Source: Alphaproteobacteria bacterium
GTDB taxonomy: Bacteria > Pseudomonadota > Alphaproteobacteria > UBA828
Assembly: GCA_965242855.1 (NCBI GenBank)
Contig: OZ251509.1
Location: 35,286-99,285, forward strand
DNA: 64,000 nt
Direction of reading: 5' to 3'
Of the stretch, positions 18,051-25,272 are shown piece after piece; the first letter of the stretch is position 1, and each line of letters begins with the position of its first letter. Under the pieces are notes generated by a model. That model was not told where the DNA came from. It saw nothing but the letters and a program-made list of their open reading frames with translations, and did not search any database. The translations under genes were made by a program, and so were the position numbers.

Positions 18051-18926
18051 ATGTCGTTGCCCGACGTCTCGATCATCATCCCCTGTTACAACGGGCATGC
18101 CCTTCTGGCGCAGGCTGTGGAAAGCGCCCTGCGCCAGGACCTGAAGTCGAAGGAAGTCATCGTCATCGACGACGGCTCGACCGCGCCGGAAACCGCCGAG
18201 GTGCTCGCCCGCCTGCCGGAAGAGGTCGAGGTCATACGGCAGGAGAATCGCGGAGTCGCCGCGGCGCGCAACAGAGGCTTCGAGGCAGCCCGCGGGCATT
18301 ACGTGCTGCCGCTCGATTGCGACGACTGGATCGAACCCAACTACGCCCGCCGGGCGCTCGAATTAATCGCCGGGCGTGAGGACGCCTTCGTATACTCCTG
18401 GTTAGCGGCTTTCGGCGAATACGAAGCGGTGCTGCGGAAGCGGTGGGATCCGTTTGCACAGCTGATCGTCAACCGGCTCGCCTATTGCATGTTGATTCCG
18501 AAGGCGCTGTGGCGCCAAGTGGGCGGTTACGACGAAACCATGCTGTTGGGTTGTGAGGACTGGGACTTCAACATCCGGCTGGGATTGGCGGGGGCAGAGG
18601 GCCTGTGCTTGCCCGAGCCGTTGTTTCACTACCGGGTCTCCGCAGACGGCGTGCTGCGTTCGACGACCCATCGGCACTACGGCGCGATATGGCGCGGGAT
18701 ACAGAAGAAATATCCCGACGCATACCGGGCGCCCAATCTTCTGCACCGGATGCGCGCACGGCCCGACGAGAGGGAGCGACACGGCACCTGGGTATTGCTG
18801 GTATTCTACAGTGTGCACCGGTTGTTGCCGGACGCGCTGTTTTCGCCGTTTTTCCGCGCCGCCGTTTCTCTGCGCAACCACCGGCGGGTCAAACGCACGA
18901 GAGGCAGACCATCTCGTGGCCGGTAG
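18051..18926 (+). CDS. Family 2 glycosyltransferase (paralog A)
   Basis: VSIIIPCYNGHALLAQAVESAL...VIVIDDGSTAPET...NRGVAAARNRGFEAARGHYVLPLDCDDW (DxD). ATG at 18051 preferred. Confidence 0.88.
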   Translation: MSLPDVSIIIPCYNGHALLAQAVESALRQDLKSKEVIVIDDGSTAPETAEVLARLPEEVEVIRQENRGVAAARNRGFEAARGHYVLPLDCDDWIEPNYARRALELIAGREDAFVYSWLAAFGEYEAVLRKRWDPFAQLIVNRLAYCMLIPKALWRQVGGYDETMLLGCEDWDFNIRLGLAGAEGLCLPEPLFHYRVSADGVLRSTTHRHYGAIWRGIQKKYPDAYRAPNLLHRMRARPDERERHGTWVLLVFYSVHRLLPDALFSPFFRAAVSLRNHRRVKRTRGRPSRGR

Positions 18927-18950
18927 CTTCGCCGATGTGGAGGAGTCGTG

Positions 18951-19817
18951 ATGCCCGCTGTCTCGATCATCATCCCCTGCTACAACGGGCATGCCTTCCT
19001 GGCACAGGCCGTGGCGAGCGCCCTTTGCCAGGACCTGGAGTCGAAGGAGGTCATCGTCATCGACGACGGGTCGACCGCACCGGAGACCGCCGAGGCACTC
19101 GCGCGCCTGCCGGAAGGGGTCGAGGTCGTGCGGCAAGGCAATCGTGGGCTCGCCGCGGCGCGCAACAGGGGGTTCGAGGAAGCCCGCGGGCGTTACGTGC
19201 TGCCGCTCGATTGCGACGATTGGATCGAACCCGACTACGCCCGCCGGGCGCTCGAATTGATCGCCGGGCGCGAGGATGCCTTCGTCTATTCCTGGACCGA
19301 GCTCTTCGGCGAATACGAAGCCGTGCTGCGGAGACGATGGGATCCGTTCGTACAGTTGATCGTCAACCAGATGGTCTCCTGTATGTTGATCCCAAAGACA
19401 CTGTGGTGTCAAGTGGGCAGTTACGACGCGACCATGCGGCTGGGTCTCGAGGACTGGGATTTCAACATCCGGTTGGGGTTAGCGGGAGCGGAGGGCCTAT
19501 GCTTGCCCGAGCCGTTGTTTCACTACCGGCTCTCCGCCACCGGCATGTTGCAGTCGGCGGGCCACCATCACTACGGAGCGGTGTGGCGTGGGATTCAGAA
19601 AAAGCATCCCGACGTTTACCGAATTTCTGAACTTCTACGACGGGCACAAACGCGGCCGAAAGAGGGAAGAAGGCACGCCAGCTGGTTCCTGCTGGCCGTC
19701 TACGGCGTGCATCGGCTGTTACCACATACGCTATTTTCTCTATTGTTCCGCGTCGCCTTCTCTTTACGCTTCCACCTACGCTCCGCACAAACGAGAAGTA
19801 GGCTATCGCGTCTTTGA
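18951..19817 (+). CDS. Family 2 glycosyltransferase (paralog B, tandem duplicate)
   Basis: GGAGGAG RBS 6 nt upstream. VSIIIPCYNGHAFLAQAVASAL...VIVIDDGSTAPET...LPLDCDDW. Colinear with paralog A along the whole length. Confidence 0.88.
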   Translation: MPAVSIIIPCYNGHAFLAQAVASALCQDLESKEVIVIDDGSTAPETAEALARLPEGVEVVRQGNRGLAAARNRGFEEARGRYVLPLDCDDWIEPDYARRALELIAGREDAFVYSWTELFGEYEAVLRRRWDPFVQLIVNQMVSCMLIPKTLWCQVGSYDATMRLGLEDWDFNIRLGLAGAEGLCLPEPLFHYRLSATGMLQSAGHHHYGAVWRGIQKKHPDVYRISELLRRAQTRPKEGRRHASWFLLAVYGVHRLLPHTLFSLLFRVAFSLRFHLRSAQTRSRLSRL

Positions 19818-19871
19818 CGTAGTTTGTGAGCAGGATATGGATAACCCACTGATCACATCAGACTATTGTCA

Positions 19872-19895
19872 ATTTGGAAAATGACTCTTCCAAAT
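19872..19895. promoter_or_regulatory. Perfect 8-bp inverted repeat (operator-like) upstream of the orphan AT-rich gene
   Basis: ATTTGGAA-8 nt-TTCCAAAT at 19872-19895, 27 nt upstream of the ATG at 19922. AGGAGG RBS at 19908-19913. Confidence 0.35.
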
Positions 19896-19921
19896 TCACA
19901 GATTTATAGGAGGTACAGGCC

Positions 19922-20713
19922 ATGCGCGCAGAATTTTCGGAGTTTTCGTTCGCGTATGCCCTTACGGAGAGTCTCTTCCTTTCTATAAGACAGTCTCTTC
20001 CAAAAGCAGGATTGACCGGTTCGCGGGCAACAATGCCGTTTTTTACCACGCAGAGAGAAGAATATGGAGTAGGATATGACGTTGCTATAAAATCACTTAA
20101 TCATTGTCTTATGTTTCTACAGTTCAAAACTTGCGATGGAATGATCCGCAAAGGCGCGAAGGAAATAAGCAAATATGGATTGTGCTTGAGAGTACCCTTT
20201 TTGCGAATGAATTTGATGCCTTCTAGTCGCTCACCCCAACATAAACTGCTAATGGAACTGGAGAACAAAGGGTTTTCTGTCTATTATGCGGCCCCAAGAT
20301 ACTATACATGCGGCGATTTTGTTTGTTACTACTCCGAAGAATGTATCCTCAAGCAATCAGTGTTCATTCAACCTAACAAAATTGGGCCTTTGCCGGACGA
20401 TAAACCGCACTGCGTTTCTTTTGAGTGTTCATCCAAATTCGGTTGGTTCCTTTCCGAACCAAGAAAAGTTTCAGATATACTTTTCGGAAGGGATGTTGTT
20501 GAGAAAATGGCGGAAACCATGCAGGAGCGTCGGTCGGGAGATATAAGTGTCTCTACCGCACTTGAGGTTATTGAACGTTTATTGATGGAGCAAGGCATCA
20601 CGGAGAAAATTTTCGATTCGACTCCTGAAAAGACACCTCTTGAAAGATTAATGGAGTTGTCAATCCGGTATTTGGGAGCTCTACCCCTTCTTTTCTATAA
20701 CCCAGGAAAATAG
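19922..20713 (+). CDS. Hypothetical protein with PD-(D/E)xK-like motif constellation (possible nuclease fold)
   Basis: 263 aa. Strong RBS. Clearly AT-rich relative to the replicon. N-terminal half has acidic E6/E16, then GYDVAIK (D53) and 13 aa later MFLQFK (Q67-x-K69), i.e. a D...(E/Q)xK arrangement. The C-terminal about 80 aa are helical and acidic. No family recognised. Confidence 0.5.
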   Translation: MRAEFSEFSFAYALTESLFLSIRQSLPKAGLTGSRATMPFFTTQREEYGVGYDVAIKSLNHCLMFLQFKTCDGMIRKGAKEISKYGLCLRVPFLRMNLMPSSRSPQHKLLMELENKGFSVYYAAPRYYTCGDFVCYYSEECILKQSVFIQPNKIGPLPDDKPHCVSFECSSKFGWFLSEPRKVSDILFGRDVVEKMAETMQERRSGDISVSTALEVIERLLMEQGITEKIFDSTPEKTPLERLMELSIRYLGALPLLFYNPGK

Positions 20714-20908
20714 TGCAGTTGCCAAACGCTCCCGGATGTCTCATAGTCCGTGCGCAGTTTGTAGGCTCTCGTTTCTACCTTAAAAGGAAACCTTCTTATT
20801 TTCGAATTTCCGTCTATCCGGCCTTCATTCAGGGAATTTCGGTGTGGAGCGGGCAGCACTCAAAGCGATCTTCTGCGCGTTGCGGGAGCGCGCCACCCCC
20901 CCTTCCGG

Positions 20909-20956
20909 CCTCCCCCCCCCTGATAGGGGGGAGGAGTGCAAGTGCCCTGCCGGGGG
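20909..20956 (-). repeat. GC-rich palindromic element, copy Y (inverted relative to copy X)
   Basis: Hairpin CCTCCCCCC(20909-20917)/GGGGGGAGG(20926-20934). The reverse complement reads CCCCCGGCAGGGcacttgcACTCCTCCCCCC, matching copy X flank and stem. Confidence 0.65.
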
Positions 20957-21594
20957 ATGTATGGACGGACTCGGCGACGACAAAGCCCGTGATCCATCCC
21001 ACACGGAATTCCCGCCGCTGGATGAGTCTTGCGGACAACAAATTCCACTCTGGATACGATCAAGTTTCGTCCGATCCGCAGGCGATGGCGTCGAGAAACT
21101 CCTGTTCCACGTCATGGGGTGCGTATCGCAACTTGCGCGCCATCTCCAGGGAAAGCCTCCGATGCAACCAGTCATAGCCGGGATCGAAAATCCGATCGAA
21201 CGCATCCCTGGCTTGCCGCTTGGCTTTGGCGCTCCTTGACCGGTTTACGCCCAACAGTACAGCCAACAAGTCCCTCGGGCCTTCACTTGGTCCTTGTCGT
21301 GTTCGTCCCGGTAGATATGTTTGCGAAACTGAGTCCCGAGTCCTTGCCGGCAATTGGTGTGCGGATTCTGGGAGATTATTTTCGCCGCATCTTACAATGA
21401 CAGCTTCATTCGTGGCTTGCTCATGGAGTTAGGTCCCGTTGGTTAACCAGTGGGTGGTTGCTACCGGATATTCAGAGTGAAAGTAAGAGTTCTCCTTACG
21501 TTGTCGGCAGGCAGGGCGTGACATCGACGACCAGCCGCATACCGAAAAACGTCGATGTATGGCCCGGAATCGACTCTGAATGGCCTGCGACAGG

Positions 21595-21840
21595 TCATAA
21601 ACGAAGAAAGCCCAAGATAATACCGAGAATCGATAGCATGAAAAGGATGAACCCTCCCATAAGCCATGACCTAAGGCGCTCGACTTCGTGCTTCGTGGCC
21701 AAATGTTCGGCTTTGCCCTCCAATTTCGCCAAGCGCTCCCGAACATCCCCAAACGCCTCCAGACGGCCCGCCTTTAGGGCATCGAGTTCTGGCGAGTCAT
21801 TCGCCTCTACCGGCTTTTCCGGCTTGATGGAAAGAGTCAC
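21595..21840 (-). CDS. 81-aa coiled-coil peptide with C-terminal transmembrane helix (candidate membrane toxin partner of the DUF4065 protein)
   Basis: GTG at 21840 overlaps the upstream stop as GTGA. Sequence ...LDALKAGRLEAFGDVRERLAKLEGKAEHLATKHEVERLRSW then LMGGFILFMLSILGIILGFLRL. The ORF-track start at 21942 lies inside the upstream gene. Confidence 0.55.
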   Translation of the reverse strand: MTLSIKPEKPVEANDSPELDALKAGRLEAFGDVRERLAKLEGKAEHLATKHEVERLRSWLMGGFILFMLSILGIILGFLRL

Positions 21841-22319
21841 GCGGACGCACCGTCGCTCTCTATCCGTTTTTTGTAATGGGATTCGATAAGTTCGTTCGGG
21901 ATAATAGCGCCGATACCGTACTTCCGGCGCGTAATGTCCCACGGAGTGTCTTTCTGGTGTGTAATGTTCGACAACTGAACGGCGGTATAGGGCCTGTATG
22001 CGTTGACGACGGAAGCGATCAAATCCCGCTGTTCGCTTCCGAAATTTTCCGATCGGGCGACGCGCTCGACCGTAATGTGATCACCGCCGAACGACTTGTA
22101 TAAGTGATAGACGGTTGGAACCACCGGCCCGTAAGTCCAGGCCTCGACGGGTTCGCTGATCAGGGCCTCTCCGGTGAATCCCAGCCACCAGCCGTGACAA
22201 AGATAGACCAGCTTGAGCACGTGCATCGGGGTGGTTTCGCTCTCACGATCTCGAAGCCAGAGAACCTGTTCGGCGACCAGCCGCGGCGAGGTGGATCGCG
22301 TGCTCATCGTCCTCTCCAT
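21837..22319 (-). CDS. DUF4065 (Panacea / SocA-like) antitoxin-domain protein
   Basis: TPMHVLKLVYLCHGWWLGFTGEALISEPVEAWTYGPVVPTVYHLYKSFG...VVNAYRPYTAVQLSNITHQKDTPW matches the DUF4065 consensus (kLqKLlY...g.pl..e.feAW.yGPV.p.vY..yk.yg...ls..tH....PW). Confidence 0.75.
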   Translation of the reverse strand: MERTMSTRSTSPRLVAEQVLWLRDRESETTPMHVLKLVYLCHGWWLGFTGEALISEPVEAWTYGPVVPTVYHLYKSFGGDHITVERVARSENFGSEQRDLIASVVNAYRPYTAVQLSNITHQKDTPWDITRRKYGIGAIIPNELIESHYKKRIESDGASA

Positions 22320-22440
22320 CCGGCTCTCCTCGAGCCGCCAACGGCGGCGAGCGTGACACGAGGTTATGCCGTCGCGATGCCGGATGCAAGCGGTCCGAAC
22401 ACCGGCCTCGCTTCGCGCTCACCCTCTACGGCGCCGGCCT

Positions 22441-22606
22441 TCACCCCTTCGTCCGAAAATCAGGCCGGAACGGACGGCACTCGATGCCGAGGGCGGCGCG
22501 CGCCGGTGGCCGCGCGCCACGCGCGGAAGGCGCGCCGCGCCGGGGCCGCGCCGGCACGGGCAGCAGGAGCGGGCGCAACCCCTGGGCGCGGAAGACGTGG
22601 CGAATC
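22441..22606 (-). pseudogene. Decayed duplicate of the 3-prime end of the SDR/epimerase gene
   Basis: Ends ...ARAALGIECRPFRPDFRTKG-stop, identical to the C-terminus of the intact gene at 24415. It carries small indels and lacks an about 63-nt internal segment, and it has no upstream coding continuation. Confidence 0.75.
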
Positions 22607-22786
22607 GGCTCGTCGGCGAGCGCCCGAGCGGCGCGCGCCGGAACCTGCAAACCGTTCTCGCCGCTCCTTGCCGCCGGCGGAGAAGCACGCCGATAGCCGG
22701 CTCTACCCCGACTCCGTGGCCGAACTGGACAACGTCGGCCGGTCGTGGTCGAATACATAGGGTGAGCGGCCGGCGGAGAAGGGCAC

Positions 22787-24340
22787 GTGATCGAACGACG
22801 CTTCGGAAGCCTCTGGCAGCAGCTCCAAGGCAAGAAGCCGCATCTGCCGCATTTCCTCTCCGAAATCCGCCTTCAGGGAATCCGCGGCCTCGACGATCTC
22901 CGGGTCGCGTTCGATTACCCGGTGAGCGTCATCGCCGGCGGTAACGCCACCGGCAAGTCGACGGTGCTGTTCGCGGCCGCATGCGCCTACAAGGTGCCGG
23001 GCGCTGGCGTCAAGGACTTCGTGCCTTCGACGCTGTTTCCCGATTACCGCCCCCGGCTGGGCGGGCGAGAAGACGAAAAACCCGAGATCGTCCTCGAGTT
23101 CGACTACGCCACGCCCGACGGCCGGCGCGCCATGCGCTGGCGGCGCTCCAAGGGCTGGAATCGCAGCTTCCTGGGCCGCAAGAAGGCGTCCCAACCCGAA
23201 CGGGCGCTCTATCTGCGGACGCTCAGCAATCTCAGCAACCCATCGGAAGTGCGCGGCGTGCTTCGTATGTCCCACCTGAAGACCGCGCCGCGCGAAACGC
23301 CCCTTACGGCCTCGCAGATCGCGTTCGCGCAGCGGATGCTATCCCCGTTCCGGTATTCGGAGGTGGTCGACCTGTCCAGCGGCGGCAAGCGTCTGCTCTT
23401 CGCCGCCCGAGAGGGCGGCGCGGCCTATTCCGAACTGCACATGGCGGCCGGGGAGCGCGCCATTCTCCATCTGTCTCGGGAGATCGCCCAACTTCAAGGC
23501 GCGCTGGTGTTGATCGACGAGGTGGAAGCCGGCCTGCATCCCTGGGTCCAACAGCTTCTGATGCTGGAGTTGCAGCAACTCGCCCTGCGCAATGATCTGC
23601 AAATCCTGGTGACGTCCCATAGCCCGGTGGTGCTCGATTCGGTGCCCGCCAACGGGCGGATATTCCTTGAACGCGACGCGGCGGGACAAGTGACGGTGGG
23701 CCAACCCTACCGCGACGTGGTCCAGAACGCGCTCTACGGACGGGCGGACGAATCGCTCAACCTGCTATGCGAGGACGAGGCGGCCGAGGCGTTCCTGCGA
23801 GGCGTTTTCGACGTCCTGACCCCCCGGCTGAAGCTCAAGACGGAATCGCTTCGTATCGGGCGTGATACGGGCGCCAGCGAATTTCCCCAACACGCCGCGG
23901 CCTTCCGGAAATTCGGCAAGGAGGAAAGCTTCATCTTCGTTCTCGACGGCGACAAGCGCGACGGCGATCTGGAGCGTCGAATACGGGAGAACGCCGGCGG
24001 CGCTGTCCCGGTGTGCTTCCTTCCCGGGCGGGGCGCGCCGGAACTCTGGGTATGGGACCGGTTGCGTAACGCCGGCGCCGAGACGGCAACGGAACTGGGC
24101 ATCGCCGCGGGTGATCTGTCCGAGCGGCTCCAGCGCTTCGACTCGGTGTACGACTCGGCATCCGACAGCCTCGCGGAAATCGCCAAGACCAAGCTCCGCG
24201 CGCTGGCCGAAACCTCGAACCGGAGCATCGCCGACATCTGTCGGATCGTCGCCCGGCTGGAAGCCCGGCGCGCGGAAAGCGACGTTCAGCCGCTGGTGGA
24301 GAATCTGGAAACCGTCGTGTTGCGATGGCGCGTCGCCTGA
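22787..24340 (+). CDS. Fused ABC-type ATPase + TOPRIM-like (DUF4435/OLD-type) protein; OLD-family / fused PARIS-like candidate
   Basis: GTG start. Walker A VIAGGNATGKST (K57). Signature-like HMAAGERA. Walker B ALVLIDEVEAGLHP. H-loop LVTSHSP. C-terminal half has LLCEDEAAEAF (E329) and FIFVLDGDKRDGD (D387/D389), then CFLPGRGAPELWVW, the TOPRIM E...DxD arrangement. Confidence 0.7.
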   Translation: MIERRFGSLWQQLQGKKPHLPHFLSEIRLQGIRGLDDLRVAFDYPVSVIAGGNATGKSTVLFAAACAYKVPGAGVKDFVPSTLFPDYRPRLGGREDEKPEIVLEFDYATPDGRRAMRWRRSKGWNRSFLGRKKASQPERALYLRTLSNLSNPSEVRGVLRMSHLKTAPRETPLTASQIAFAQRMLSPFRYSEVVDLSSGGKRLLFAAREGGAAYSELHMAAGERAILHLSREIAQLQGALVLIDEVEAGLHPWVQQLLMLELQQLALRNDLQILVTSHSPVVLDSVPANGRIFLERDAAGQVTVGQPYRDVVQNALYGRADESLNLLCEDEAAEAFLRGVFDVLTPRLKLKTESLRIGRDTGASEFPQHAAAFRKFGKEESFIFVLDGDKRDGDLERRIRENAGGAVPVCFLPGRGAPELWVWDRLRNAGAETATELGIAAGDLSERLQRFDSVYDSASDSLAEIAKTKLRALAETSNRSIADICRIVARLEARRAESDVQPLVENLETVVLRWRVA

Positions 24341-24414
24341 CCCGCGTCGCGCGGCTCGTCCCCACGAGAAACCGGCATATGGCGCCTCGTTCCTTCCTCT
24401 GCCGACGCCGGCCT

Positions 24415-25272
24415 TCATCCTTTCGTCCGAAAATCAGGCCGGAACGGACGGCACTCGATGCCGAGGGCGGCGCGCGCCGGGGCCGGATCGAGGGTGAGGT
24501 CGCGGTTCATGCGCTCCAGCAGGGCGGGGCTGTAGGGCGCGCCGGTCGCCGCGCGCCATGCGCGGAAGGCGAGCCGCGCCGGAGCCGCCGGCACGGGCAG
24601 CAGGAGCGGGCGCAACCCCTGGGCGCGGAAGACGCGGCGGATCATCTCGCGCCACGTCACGGTCTCGCCGCCGGGCAAGCTCAGCAGGGCGTCCCGCGCG
24701 CCCGGCGCGCCGGCGGCGGCGCTCATGGCCCGGGCCACGTCGTCGGCGTGGATCGGCTGGCGCAACCCCGTGGCGGGCGGGACGATCGGGAAGACGCGCC
24801 AGCGGCGCGCAAAAGCGGCGACGGCGCTGACGTTACGGTCGCGTCCCGGATCGTAGATCAGGGTCGGCCGGAGAATCGTCCAGGCGATCCCGCGCTCCCG
24901 GCAGAGCCGCGCGACCACGCCCTCGGCCCGCGCGACCTCCGCCGTGAAGGCGCGCTCGACCGGATCGGCGCTCGCCGCCTTGTGCACGACGCTCGCGGTG
25001 CCGAGCGCGACCAGCCGCCCGGCGCCCTCCGCGCGGGCGAGAAGCGGGGCCAAGGCGAGGAGCGGGACGAGGGAGAACACGGTGGCGGAAGGGGGAAGCG
25101 GCAACGGCCCGTCCGCCGGCAAGGCGGCCCAGGCGAAGCCCGGCTCCGCCGCCCGCGCGCCTGCGCTCCGCGTGAAACACACCCCGCACCAGCCGCCCTC
25201 CGCCAAACGGCGCAGGAGATGCCGACCGACCATGCCGCTCGCGCCGAGAACGGCCGCGCGCGGTGCGCTCAC
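24415..25272 (-). CDS. NAD(P)-dependent epimerase/dehydratase (SDR superfamily)
   Basis: N-terminal AVLGASGMVGRHLLRRL (GxxGxxG). 285 aa atypical-SDR-like. Confidence 0.75.
   Translation of the reverse strand: MSAPRAAVLGASGMVGRHLLRRLAEGGWCGVCFTRSAGARAAEPGFAWAALPADGPLPLPPSATVFSLVPLLALAPLLARAEGAGRLVALGTASVVHKAASADPVERAFTAEVARAEGVVARLCRERGIAWTILRPTLIYDPGRDRNVSAVAAFARRWRVFPIVPPATGLRQPIHADDVARAMSAAAGAPGARDALLSLPGGETVTWREMIRRVFRAQGLRPLLLPVPAAPARLAFRAWRAATGAPYSPALLERMNRDLTLDPAPARAALGIECRPFRPDFRTKG

Noticed and set aside
20713-21400. ORFs 20713..21177(+), 20844..21239(+), 21029..21400(+), 20825..21205(-), 21060..21353(-)
   Set aside because: They are mutually overlapping and lack an RBS, a canonical start in the plausible part, and any motif. 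They are treated as non-coding or decayed DNA (see the finding on 20714-21594).
22104-22944. ORFs 22104..22760(+), 22366..22944(+), 22703..23275(-)
   Set aside because: They span the SDR pseudogene relic and the promoter or start of the ATPase-TOPRIM gene in wrong frames. Composition is Arg/Ala/Pro-rich.
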